In this document: positions 12,312 through 21,680 of the stretch, one piece after another
Position numbering within the stretch: the first letter of the stretch is position 1
Layout: every line of letters starts with the position of its first letter
Virus record (IMG/VR): IMGVR_UViG_3300002231_000541
Coordinates: 62,001-119,951 of that record
DNA from: an uncultured virus (IMG/VR IMGVR_UViG_3300002231_000541)
Taxonomy: Duplodnaviria; Heunggongvirae; Uroviricota; Caudoviricetes
Reading direction: 5' to 3' (one strand)
DNA length: 57,951 nt
Program-made: the position numbers and the translations under genes
Notes under the pieces: model-generated
Seen by the model: the letters and a program-made list of their open reading frames with translations, nothing else
Databases searched by the model: none
Told to the model about the DNA's origin: nothing

Positions 12312-13235
12312 ATGCAAGAGAAGTTGAATATTCTAGTTGGTATTCTCGGGTCGTGTTACGCCTCCGGAGATGAGCATCTTTTTAGATGCCCCTATTGTAA
12401 ACACCATAAGCGCAAACTTTCGGTTAATGTCGAAAAGGGCGTATATAAGTGCTGGATCTGTGATGCTCGTGGTAAAAAACTATCACGAATTGTACGCCGC
12501 TTCGGGTCCTTCAATGAACAGGAGGAGTGGAAACTTGTTTCGGGAGAAGTCACCAATTTAAATGACTTTGACGACCTCTTTAAAGAAGAAATCATTGTTG
12601 CCAAGGAACAATCTATTCCTCTGCCCGACCACTTCCACACTCTTTGCAACTCTTCAAAAGCGCGCCAACCTATGGCATATTTAAAATCACGAGGCCTTGA
12701 CGAGAGAGATGTTCTGAAGTGGAAAATGGGCTTTTGTAGTGATGGGCCCTATAAAGATCGCATTATTATACCTTCTTTCAACTTGGGGGGTAATTTAAAT
12801 TATTTTATAGCTCGGACATTTGTCGATGATTGGCGCAGGTATATAAACCCATCAGCCAGCCGAGATATTATTTTTAACGAGCTTTATATCGATTTTGATG
12901 AAGAAGTGACTTTGGTAGAGGGGGTTTTTGATGCGCTTAAAACCAACAATGCTGTCCCGCTTTTAGGATCCACTCTACGTGAAGGGTCGAGGCTTTTTAC
13001 TAAAATAGTCAAGAATGATACAGCTGTCCTCTTAGCACTGGATCCAGATGCTACATATAAATCTACGAATATTAAAAACTTATTATTGAAACACGGAATA
13101 GAAGTGAGAGAAGTTAAATACGAAGATCATCGTGATCTTGGTGAGATGACGAAAGATGAAGTTACAGCAATGAGCACAAAGGCGCCGTTCGTGCGACAAT
13201 ATGATGAATTATTGTCCGCCATCGGCTCTTTATAG
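12312..13235 (+). CDS. dnaG: DNA primase (DnaG / T4 gp61-like)
   Basis: Zn-binding CPYC...CWIC, YLKSRGL, RIIIP..YFIAR, TOPRIM motifs LVEGVFDA and LALDPD. Confidence 0.88.
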   Translation: MQEKLNILVGILGSCYASGDEHLFRCPYCKHHKRKLSVNVEKGVYKCWICDARGKKLSRIVRRFGSFNEQEEWKLVSGEVTNLNDFDDLFKEEIIVAKEQSIPLPDHFHTLCNSSKARQPMAYLKSRGLDERDVLKWKMGFCSDGPYKDRIIIPSFNLGGNLNYFIARTFVDDWRRYINPSASRDIIFNELYIDFDEEVTLVEGVFDALKTNNAVPLLGSTLREGSRLFTKIVKNDTAVLLALDPDATYKSTNIKNLLLKHGIEVREVKYEDHRDLGEMTKDEVTAMSTKAPFVRQYDELLSAIGSL

Positions 13236-13246
13236 GAGACACTAAC

Positions 13247-16200
13247 TTGAAGTTTGCACATATAGCAGATACTCATATTAAAAACTTGAAATATCATTAT
13301 GAGTATAAAATAATTTTTGATAAAATGTATCAAAAACTACGAGAAGAAAAGGTAGATTACATCATTCATTGTGGAGACATAGCTCACACTAAGACGCAGA
13401 TTTCCCCCGAATTTGTAGAAATGTGTTCGGCTTTTTTTAGTAACCTAGCTGACATTGCGCCCACCTATGTAATCTTAGGAAATCACGACGGCAACCTTAG
13501 AAACTCTAATCGCCAAGATGCCCTCACTCCCATTGCTGAAGCCCTTAACCACTCCAACTTGCATTTGCTTAAAAATTCGGGAGAAACCCCTATTGGTTCT
13601 GGGTTCACTCTGAATGTCTTATCTGTATTCGATGAAGATAACTGGGTACAGCCATCAGACACCTCGCAGATAAACATTGCGTTATATCATGGTTCCATCT
13701 CTGGCGTTGTGACCGACACAGGATGGGTAATGGACCATGGAGAACACCCTATTAATATTTTTGACGGCCATGACTATGCCTTTTTGGGAGATATTCATAA
13801 AACCAATCAAAGCCTGGACGTCGCTGGCCGAATCCGCTATTGCGGATCTACTGTGCAACAGAATCATGGTGAAACAAATGATAAGGGATTTTTAATCTGG
13901 GACATTCAAGATAAAGACGACTTTACCTGCATTCATCACATGATTTCCAACCCTCGCCCGTTCGTTACAGTGAACTTAACACCGAAGGGAAAAATGCCAA
14001 GAGGCATCCAGGTACCGAGCCACGCTCGTTTAAGGCTCGTCTCTAACAATAATCTGCCCATTGGAGTTATGCGCAAGGCCATGGATGTCGCCCAGCGGCG
14101 ATTTAAGCCCGAAACAGTGACGTTTTTAAACCGCGCAGCAGGTAAGCGAGGAAGTGTAGAAGGTTCCACAGAGGGTCTGCAGACCGAAGATTTGCGTAAT
14201 ATTGAAATTCAAGAAAAGCTTATTCGTGAATATTTGACAGATTATGAAGTAGAAGAAGATTTAATGACGCGCGTCCTCAACTTGAATTTGCGCTATAATA
14301 AAATTGCTGAAGAAAAAGAAGAAATATCCCGTAACGTCAATTGGCGCCTGCGCTCGCTGGAGTGGGACAATCTGTTCAACTATGGAAAAGGGAATAGTAT
14401 CAATTTCGATAACCTAGAAGGAATCGTGGGTATCTTTGGTAAAAACTTCTCCGGTAAATCCAGCATTATCGATTCTCTTTTATACACACTTTATAATTCC
14501 ACATCGAAAAATGATCGAAAGAACTTAAACATCATTAATCAAAACCTGCCGGCCGGTTCTGGCAGGGCGAAAATATCGGTGGGCGATGTAGATTATTACG
14601 TTGAGATAGATTCTGAAAAGTATATTAGAAAGCTTAAGGGAGAGGTGACGACGGAAGCCAAGACAAATGTTGAATTCAACTGTTACGACCCGCTCGTAGA
14701 TGCCTTGGAGAGCAAGAATGGCCTAACGCGTAACGAAACGGACAAGAATATCCGTAAAGTATTTGGTACTCTTGATGATTTTTTGTATTCATCTATGGCA
14801 AGTCAGATGGATTCTCTCACTTTTATTAAGGAAGGTTCCACCAAGAGAAAAGAAATCTTGGCTAAATTTTTAGATTTAGAGTTTTTCGAGCGAAAATTCA
14901 AGCTTGCTAAAGAAGAGGCTGCCGACACTAAAGGAGCCCTGCGTAAACTCCAGGACAAGAATTTTGATGAAGATATGGAGGAAGCCTCAAGTCAACTCGC
15001 AAATGCTAATAGTGATTTATTAAAAAAGAAAATGGCTTGTGAATCCATGAAAGCAAAATTAGCAAAGTGCGAATCCCAGGTTCAAGAATTGGGAGAAAAG
15101 ATACGATCTATTCCTGCTGAATTAATTGATGTTATGAAAGTTCGCAATGAGCTGGATGACAAGAAGGGCCAAGTCATAAAGGTGTCGGATGAAAGCTCGG
15201 AAATGGCCGCATTGAGAGACAAAGATCGTGAGTCATATCAGAAGATCTTAGAATTTGAAGAAAATTACGATGAAAAGTCTTTGTTTGAAAAACAAGAGGT
15301 CGCAAATGAATTACTTGAAAGTCTTATTTCCCTGGAGACATCTTTAGGAGAAGAAAACAAAGAACTTGAAAGAAATCAGAAAAAGATAAAAATGCTAGAA
15401 GATCACGAATATGATCCAGATTGTCATTATTGTTGTGAAAACTCCTTTGTTAAGGATGCCTATGTCTCTAAGACCAAGTTACCAAAAAATGAACGGGAAG
15501 TGTCCCGCCTCGCTACGATGATAGATGACTTAAATGACGAAATTAAAGAAATAGACCCTCAAGAGGTAGAGTCAGATATCTACAAATATAATACTTTAAT
15601 AAACAAGAAAAATGCTTTATCTAACCAAATCACAAATTACGACCTCAAGATAGAAAAAAATGACTCCATCATCAAGTCTCTCATGGTCGAGATAGGGGCT
15701 ATAGAGGCTAAGTTGTCTGAATATGAACTCAACAAGGAGGTTATTGACAATCTTGAGGGCCTCAATAAGAATATGAAAAGCTTAAAATTTCAATCCAAGA
15801 CCATTCAGAATAACTTTGAGGAGTGCAATGGTTCTGTTTTAGATTTGTACAAAAAAGTGGGCTCGCTAGAACAAAAGGTGATAAACCTAGAGAATCAACG
15901 CCAGGAACTGCAGGATTTGCAAGAGGAGTTCTCCGCCGCCGACCTTTATATGCGCTGCATGCACCCCAACGGTATTGCTTATGATGTAATTAAGCGCAAG
16001 CTTCCTGTCATCAATGAGGAGATCGCCAAGATTTTGGCAAATATTGTAGATTTCGAGGTATTTTTTGAAGACGATGGTAAGCGATTAGATATTTTTATCA
16101 AACACCCGCTTTATGGCCCTAGGCCTCTGGAAATGGGCTCTGGTGCCGAAAAGACTATTGCAGCCATGGCCATCCGGCTTTCTCTGCTAAGTGTGTCCAG

Positions 16201-16408
16201 TCTTCCAAAATCAGATATTTTCATTCTTGACGAGCCGGGTACCGCCCTCGATGAAGAAAACATGCAGGGATTTATTGATATTCTTGATTTAATTAAGTCT
16301 TATTTTAAGACCGTGCTTCTGATTTCCCACTTGGATAGCCTAAAGGACTGCGTAGACATGCAAATCACAATTGATAAGAAAAATGGATACGCTTCAGTTA
16401 GTCTCTAA
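13247..16408 (+). CDS. Fused SbcD/Mre11 nuclease - SbcC/Rad50 ATPase (T4 gp47+gp46-like)
   Basis: Metallophosphoesterase motifs HIADTH, GDIAH, GNHD, LGDIH; Walker A GKNFSGKS; coiled coils with zinc hook DPDCHYC; signature GSGAE, Walker B FILDEPG, H-loop LISH. TTG start after AGGAG. Confidence 0.92.
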   Translation: MKFAHIADTHIKNLKYHYEYKIIFDKMYQKLREEKVDYIIHCGDIAHTKTQISPEFVEMCSAFFSNLADIAPTYVILGNHDGNLRNSNRQDALTPIAEALNHSNLHLLKNSGETPIGSGFTLNVLSVFDEDNWVQPSDTSQINIALYHGSISGVVTDTGWVMDHGEHPINIFDGHDYAFLGDIHKTNQSLDVAGRIRYCGSTVQQNHGETNDKGFLIWDIQDKDDFTCIHHMISNPRPFVTVNLTPKGKMPRGIQVPSHARLRLVSNNNLPIGVMRKAMDVAQRRFKPETVTFLNRAAGKRGSVEGSTEGLQTEDLRNIEIQEKLIREYLTDYEVEEDLMTRVLNLNLRYNKIAEEKEEISRNVNWRLRSLEWDNLFNYGKGNSINFDNLEGIVGIFGKNFSGKSSIIDSLLYTLYNSTSKNDRKNLNIINQNLPAGSGRAKISVGDVDYYVEIDSEKYIRKLKGEVTTEAKTNVEFNCYDPLVDALESKNGLTRNETDKNIRKVFGTLDDFLYSSMASQMDSLTFIKEGSTKRKEILAKFLDLEFFERKFKLAKEEAADTKGALRKLQDKNFDEDMEEASSQLANANSDLLKKKMACESMKAKLAKCESQVQELGEKIRSIPAELIDVMKVRNELDDKKGQVIKVSDESSEMAALRDKDRESYQKILEFEENYDEKSLFEKQEVANELLESLISLETSLGEENKELERNQKKIKMLEDHEYDPDCHYCCENSFVKDAYVSKTKLPKNEREVSRLATMIDDLNDEIKEIDPQEVESDIYKYNTLINKKNALSNQITNYDLKIEKNDSIIKSLMVEIGAIEAKLSEYELNKEVIDNLEGLNKNMKSLKFQSKTIQNNFEECNGSVLDLYKKVGSLEQKVINLENQRQELQDLQEEFSAADLYMRCMHPNGIAYDVIKRKLPVINEEIAKILANIVDFEVFFEDDGKRLDIFIKHPLYGPRPLEMGSGAEKTIAAMAIRLSLLSVSSLPKSDIFILDEPGTALDEENMQGFIDILDLIKSYFKTVLLISHLDSLKDCVDMQITIDKKNGYASVSL

Positions 16409-16415
16409 CTACTTA
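16408..16415 (+). promoter_or_regulatory. Putative late promoter ACTACTTA
   Basis: Motif copy overlapping the SbcCD stop codon, followed by a palindrome and the SD of 16465. Confidence 0.55.
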
Positions 16416-16464
16416 AGGTAAAATGGATCCCCTAGGGGTATCCAACCAAGGGAGATAAATTATT

Positions 16465-17646
16465 ATGGGATATTTGACAGAAAATTCACTTTATACGGCA
16501 GGTACAGACGCTTCAGTCATTAGCGGATCAGCACCAATTAGCGGATCTGCGGGGTCTGGGTCATATGTGACAGGTAGTGAGCCAGCTTCGGGCGACTCTG
16601 GTCTCATGAAACTTCCGGGACAAACGGGATTCTTTATTCACAGTGCTGTGCCATATGGACTTTGGTTACGAGAATACAGCACAGGTGCTTGGACTCAAGT
16701 CCAACTCTTTGACGAATCGAACCTGATTGAGAGCACGACCTACGAATGGGGAACTAAAGACTGCCTATATATCCAGTCTTTCTCTGCTGATCAAAAGGTC
16801 TATGTCTATCCTCGTACTGGTCCTCTCTATATTGATGGTGATACTTCGGATGGCGTAAATGCCCACGATACTGTGGTTCTAGATGGCTTACAACAAGCTG
16901 TGACTGCTGGCTCTCCTATCTCTAATGGGATTAATAACGGATCTCTGGCTGTCATTTCTACCGACCCTGCCGAGACGGCATTTCGTGTTTCAACCTCGAC
17001 AGACGACAACTTTTTTGTAATCGATGAATCGGGTAGTTATGATGGCCGCGCGCGTGTCATGGTGCAAACCACCAATGACTTTGACGCATCAGATGTTCCA
17101 TATTTGGGATATGCCCGAGGCCTCGTTCATATCGAACGAGAGGCAGATGATACCCAATGCGCTTTAAGTATTTGGTCTCATGGGGGAACGCATAGTGATA
17201 ATTCGGGCGTCAACCTTGTTTCATGGGCCTCAAACGATAACGTTGGCTCTTATCTCAACTTTTTGTCGAACGATGGCACATTCCCCGCCGGCAACGTACC
17301 CGACACCAAGATGCTTGGAAAAATTAGTTTCGGCGGTTATACCAATAACCAGCACCGAACAGGGGCTCATATTACAAGTCGCGCCACTCAAGCATGGCAT
17401 TATGGCAACAAGCTGGGAACCAAGATTGTACTGTCCACCACTCCCAATGACACCAATGTGGCAGCTGATCACTTAACAGTATCATCTGCTGGTATTGTTC
17501 TTCATGCTCCGGCATCTGCCATTGACTCGGCAGAGTTGAATAATTCATCTATGTGTATGAGTCTAGACGAAGCCACTAACAAGCTTACTATTACTGTCAA
17601 ATACTCGGACGGCACAGTTAAAACTGGCCTCGTAGATCTATCATAA
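16465..17646 (+). CDS. Putative fibre/decoration virion protein
   Basis: G/S/T-rich beta-type sequence; C-terminal part (LGKISFGGY..GAHITSRATQAW..GTKIVLSTTPN) resembles tail-fibre repeats; N-terminal domain paralogous to the next gene. Confidence 0.55.
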   Translation: MGYLTENSLYTAGTDASVISGSAPISGSAGSGSYVTGSEPASGDSGLMKLPGQTGFFIHSAVPYGLWLREYSTGAWTQVQLFDESNLIESTTYEWGTKDCLYIQSFSADQKVYVYPRTGPLYIDGDTSDGVNAHDTVVLDGLQQAVTAGSPISNGINNGSLAVISTDPAETAFRVSTSTDDNFFVIDESGSYDGRARVMVQTTNDFDASDVPYLGYARGLVHIEREADDTQCALSIWSHGGTHSDNSGVNLVSWASNDNVGSYLNFLSNDGTFPAGNVPDTKMLGKISFGGYTNNQHRTGAHITSRATQAWHYGNKLGTKIVLSTTPNDTNVAADHLTVSSAGIVLHAPASAIDSAELNNSSMCMSLDEATNKLTITVKYSDGTVKTGLVDLS

Positions 17647-17657
17647 AGGAGACATGG

Positions 17658-19085
17658 ATGGGACAATTAACTTTACAAAATCAACACTTTATCGAGGGCG
17701 TAAATACGGACTTTATTGGCCAATCTGCTCCCGTAGCCCAAGTCGGCGAAGTGAGAGACCAGACTCACAGTGGTTTTTTTATCTATGCCACAGCAGACTA
17801 TACGTTGTGGTTCAAGACCGCAGCCGGCTCCTGGATTCAACATCAGCAGGTTTCATCTATTGACCCCACATCGCGAACATTTAGCTGGTCAGATAATATC
17901 GCCCTTTATTTGCAGGCTACCGATGTATCCCAGGTGTTTTATATCACCGCCAGAGACGGCGCCCTGTTAATTGATAATACTCCGGCGGATGGATCTGATG
18001 CGGTAGACACGTTGGTGTTAAGCACAGCAACTAGTTTACGGGTTTTTGGCGCGGGAAGTGTTATAACCCAGACTGAAACATCTCATGTCATCTCTGACGC
18101 ATCGCCTGTCACTATCGATACTCCAAACGAAGGGACTATTCAAGTAGTCGAAGACACCTCGGACTATGCAAATTCTTTATCTTCTAAGCTCGCCGCCTAT
18201 TACAACTTCGACGATGAAACAGCTAATGATTCCACGATTGGCGAAAATCATGGTACAGTCTCTGCTGGCTGCGTATATGTTAATGGCAAAACTGGCCTGG
18301 GGAAAGCACTTCACCAGACTACCGGAGATGCTCACGTATCTTTGAACAACCCTGATTTGATGAATCTAGGTCCGGATTTCACTGTCACAGCCTGGGTATA
18401 TATTCCGTCGACACAGGCCGAGACTGACCCAGTGGACAATCCTTATAATGACATCTCTATTTTCTGTAATACTGATTCTTTTGGAGACTGGACTTATGTA
18501 ACTGGATTTAACTTAGTCGTACCCAAACCGGGCTATGCAGGCGGCTGGGGGATGCCATCTAACTGTGTAGCTTTCTACTCTGGCGTGGGTCAGGGAAATG
18601 GAATTTACTCTTGGGCATGGTATGCCGTAGCTTCACCACAAAACTCTTTTCCATATGACGAGTGGGTACATGTCGCTCTGACATTTTCAGGTGCGGATCA
18701 AGCCAGTTGGGGCGGTAATGAAAAACTATTCATTAACGGACAACTCCAGGCTCTGACATCCAGAACTAATCAGCCCGCCCAGAACGCCATGGAATGGACC
18801 GCTGATCCTCTTAATGTAAACCTAGGCGCTGCCCTCCGCACGAGTCACCCTTTGCCCATGGCTGGCTCTGGTGAATTGAAATATGATGAGATCGCTATCT
18901 GGAAGAGGGAGCTATCTGAAGCCGAAATCACATCGCTCTATAACAGTGGCACCGGCCAACAATTGGATACCACCTATGTCAATTCCGAAGTAGTCCGTGA
19001 AGACTTTACTATAACAACGGCAGTAACAGTAGAGGCTCCAGCGGGTACCGATGATACAAATATTACAGTTAGAATCACAAAATAG
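17658..19085 (+). CDS. LamG / concanavalin A-like domain virion protein
   Basis: LAAYYNFD, FTVTAWVY, EWVHVALTF, KLFINGQ, DEIAIWKRELSEAEITSLYN. Confidence 0.8.
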   Translation: MGQLTLQNQHFIEGVNTDFIGQSAPVAQVGEVRDQTHSGFFIYATADYTLWFKTAAGSWIQHQQVSSIDPTSRTFSWSDNIALYLQATDVSQVFYITARDGALLIDNTPADGSDAVDTLVLSTATSLRVFGAGSVITQTETSHVISDASPVTIDTPNEGTIQVVEDTSDYANSLSSKLAAYYNFDDETANDSTIGENHGTVSAGCVYVNGKTGLGKALHQTTGDAHVSLNNPDLMNLGPDFTVTAWVYIPSTQAETDPVDNPYNDISIFCNTDSFGDWTYVTGFNLVVPKPGYAGGWGMPSNCVAFYSGVGQGNGIYSWAWYAVASPQNSFPYDEWVHVALTFSGADQASWGGNEKLFINGQLQALTSRTNQPAQNAMEWTADPLNVNLGAALRTSHPLPMAGSGELKYDEIAIWKRELSEAEITSLYNSGTGQQLDTTYVNSEVVREDFTITTAVTVEAPAGTDDTNITVRITK

Positions 19086-19087
19086 AT

Positions 19088-19095
19088 ACTAATTA
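19088..19095 (+). promoter_or_regulatory. Putative late promoter ACTAATTA
   Basis: Intergenic motif copy upstream of GGAGG and ATG 19114. Confidence 0.55.
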
Positions 19096-19113
19096 TACTA
19101 TACGGGAGGACTC

Positions 19114-19314
19114 ATGACAATGACAGAAATGGCAAAAGGCGCAGTTGATAAAGCTTTGGAGAAGATGGTTTCGCGTAAACTACTTGTGTGGGCCACTGCT
19201 ACAGTTTTATTATTCACTTCTAATTTGGAAAGTGAGCATTGGCTTTATTTAAGTGCTTTATATATCGGAGGCCAGTCAGTGATTGACGCCATCGTGAAAC
19301 TAAAAAGTGCATAA
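19114..19314 (+). CDS. Putative holin
   Basis: 66 aa, two hydrophobic segments (SRKLLVWATATVLLF; WLYLSALYIGGQSVID), basic C-terminus. Confidence 0.55.
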   Translation: MTMTEMAKGAVDKALEKMVSRKLLVWATATVLLFTSNLESEHWLYLSALYIGGQSVIDAIVKLKSA

Positions 19315-19333
19315 GTAAACAAGCGAGGATATT

Positions 19334-19735
19334 TTGATTAACATCAATATGGGCGAAATGTTTAAATCGCTCGGATCATTTATTGCAAAAAATTGGCAGA
19401 TTTTAGCGCTATTGCTAATGGTGGTGCTCTTTTTTATGACAAAAAATGACTATGCAGCTCTCAAAAAATCGATGGATGTAATGAGTACATCTTATGAAGA
19501 ACAACTATCTTTGTTGCAAGAACTTCACGAAGAAGAGCTTTTGCGCAGAGATGAGGCTATTGCTTCCTATGAAGCTTTCATAGAAGAGTTGGAGGAGCAA
19601 CATAGGCTCGATTTAGAAGAAATTGCCAAAGCTCGTGAGCAAGAAATAGAAGACAATATTCAAGATTTCGAAGAAGCACCCAGTGAACTAGCTGAAGAAA
19701 TAGAAGATTTATTTGGATTAGACTATGTGGAATAA
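19334..19735 (+). CDS. Membrane-anchored coiled-coil protein (i-spanin-like)
   Basis: One N-terminal TM (WQILALLLMVVLFFM) followed by an acidic coiled coil; next to the holin-like gene. Confidence 0.45.
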   Translation: MININMGEMFKSLGSFIAKNWQILALLLMVVLFFMTKNDYAALKKSMDVMSTSYEEQLSLLQELHEEELLRRDEAIASYEAFIEELEEQHRLDLEEIAKAREQEIEDNIQDFEEAPSELAEEIEDLFGLDYVE

Positions 19736-20153
19736 ACTCGCACTGATGTTAATATTGTTCTCCCCTTTGGCCGAGGCCTCGGAAGGAAAATTTACCTTCT
19801 TACAGCAAGAGCAATGTGCACCGTTTTCAGGAACCTTATTTGACCCTACGGCTACTGCAAAAATTATTGCTCATCACAAGTTTCTTAAAGAAGAATTCGA
19901 TTTAAAGCTGGCATATCAGGTATCGATACTAGAAGCTCAACATGATCTGGAAATAGAACAATTTAAGATTTCGCTTGACATTCAAGAGAAAAAATGTAAT
20001 AATATGATAGAAATCAAGGATAGGGAAATAGAAGGTTTAAACAAGATTATTGCCAAAAAGCCCGGAAGCAACGCTTTGCTATGGGGCATCCTTGGTGGCT
20101 TTGTAGCTGGGGCTGCAGCAACAGTGGGCATCGTCTATGCGGTGAACAAATGA
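19725..20153 (+). CDS. Exported coiled-coil protein with C-terminal TM (spanin-like)
   Basis: Signal-peptide-like N-terminus ending AEA, coiled coil, C-terminal hydrophobic GILGGFVAGAAATVGIVYAV; no lipobox. Confidence 0.4.
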   Translation: MWNKLALMLILFSPLAEASEGKFTFLQQEQCAPFSGTLFDPTATAKIIAHHKFLKEEFDLKLAYQVSILEAQHDLEIEQFKISLDIQEKKCNNMIEIKDREIEGLNKIIAKKPGSNALLWGILGGFVAGAAATVGIVYAVNK

Positions 20154-20542
20154 AAAAAGATTTAAATGAAATCGCCAAATATGAAGTAGCTATTTCCCAA
20201 AAATATGGGAAAGAGGCAATTCAGCATCCCAAGGCTGATTGGACGGACGAAAAAGAAAAAGAATACCAACAACAAATGCGCGAGTTGTACGAAAAAGAGA
20301 AAAAGCAACAAGAAAAAAACGAAAAAATTGAAATCGATGGTTTTTTAATATCCAAAAAACTATTTAGTAAGGATAGCAATAGAAATTGTCCGGTTTGTCA
20401 TGCTTATTCTTTTGATTCTCGTGATGATGTTTATATGACAAAATTTGATTGTTGCTATAAATGCTATATACAATTTGTTGAGGGTCGAGAAGCCCGCTGG
20501 TCAGAAGGCTGGCGACCAGGAGAAAAAAATGAAAATCACTAA
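20150..20542 (+). CDS. Hypothetical Zn-finger protein
   Basis: ATGA overlap start; CPVC...CCYKC; ends WSEGWRPG. Confidence 0.6.
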   Translation: MKKDLNEIAKYEVAISQKYGKEAIQHPKADWTDEKEKEYQQQMRELYEKEKKQQEKNEKIEIDGFLISKKLFSKDSNRNCPVCHAYSFDSRDDVYMTKFDCCYKCYIQFVEGREARWSEGWRPGEKNENH

Positions 20543-21143
20543 ATCACAATTAGTAAATATTATCCAAGAAGAGGTGCGGAAAGTCCACGAACAATTGCCC
20601 CCTACGGATGACGAAATCGCCAGCGCCTATGGTACATCGTTGGTGACTGGCTTCGAAGATGAAGACGGAGAGTGGCAACCATATGAGCGATCCGACACTC
20701 CCGAGTATGACGCAATCGTGGATGTTCTCGATAAATTGGACTCGGAGGACACAATTGCATCCCACTTGGACTCGATGCTCTCTGATCCAGACGTTGTAGC
20801 GCACTTTAGATTAGATGAGGCACCCCCCGAAGCAGTAGCAGAAGCCCGCGAGTGGGTTGAAGTAGGAATTGATGCCGTCAAGGACGTCTTGATTAATGAT
20901 ATCGATGTGAAGGCAATGATGCAAAAACACGGAAACCCAAGTTGGGAAGATTTCGCACACAAAGTCCGAATGATAACTACTGCGGTCAAAACGCCAAGCC
21001 AGCGATCTAAAAATATCCGTCAGCGATTTGGATATCGGATGCTAATCGTCGCCATGGGCGAGCTACTCAACCAAGCCGCCGCCACATCTGGCGCTGGATC
21101 CCTGAGAAAAGGAAAGGGCTTCGGCTTTAAAGATATAGAATAA
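20529..21143 (+). CDS. Hypothetical protein, possible internal head protein
   Basis: AGGAG then ATG 20529; N-terminus MKITKSQLVNIIQEEV; acidic. Confidence 0.6.
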   Translation: MKITKSQLVNIIQEEVRKVHEQLPPTDDEIASAYGTSLVTGFEDEDGEWQPYERSDTPEYDAIVDVLDKLDSEDTIASHLDSMLSDPDVVAHFRLDEAPPEAVAEAREWVEVGIDAVKDVLINDIDVKAMMQKHGNPSWEDFAHKVRMITTAVKTPSQRSKNIRQRFGYRMLIVAMGELLNQAAATSGAGSLRKGKGFGFKDIE

Positions 21144-21160
21144 TTAAAGGAAAAAATAAA

Positions 21161-21673
21161 ATGGCTACAACATTAGAAATCATTCAAGGAATTAATCAAG
21201 CGGCAGCAAATGCCTATGACGGCGCCCACGATCAGAGATTCGTCACCGGAGACGCTAAAGAAATCGGCCTTAGTCGAGAAGAGGGCTGTCCCATTACTGA
21301 TTCACGAGTCGCCGATGGCTTTTCGTGTTAAATTTATTGCGAACAAGCTGCAGATAAACTACGAAGCAAAACATCAAACTTTTCTGATGTATATGCGAGG
21401 GGATTTGAGGAAGAGTGCGAACGCCGGGTCCACGGGATTGCCGACTTTTTGAAGAAAGAGTACAAGGTAATCACTGGAAAAGCTTTATCGCTGACACCGG
21501 ATGGAGAAATTCATTGCTTTGTTCAGCACACATCACGCGTGCGCACCTTCGTTATGTGTCATAAGCTCTTTACGATTGGTGGTATGAAAGACGTAGAAAC
21601 ATTGGGAGAAGCCGTGACGGACCCAATGGATGTCAAATACCAGAAATTCTTGAAAGAAGGCACTTTTAAATAA
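21161..21673 (+). CDS. Hypothetical protein broken by probable indel errors
   Basis: AAGGA then MATTLEIIQGINQAAANAYDGAHD...; continues through frame changes into FLKKEYKVITGK...KFLKEGTFK. Confidence 0.55.
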
Positions 21674-21680
21674 GTGGTAA

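Noticed and set aside
21161..21673. Terminase small subunit call for the gene upstream of terL
   Set aside because: Position fits, but there is no recognisable motif and the ORF is error-broken; left as hypothetical.
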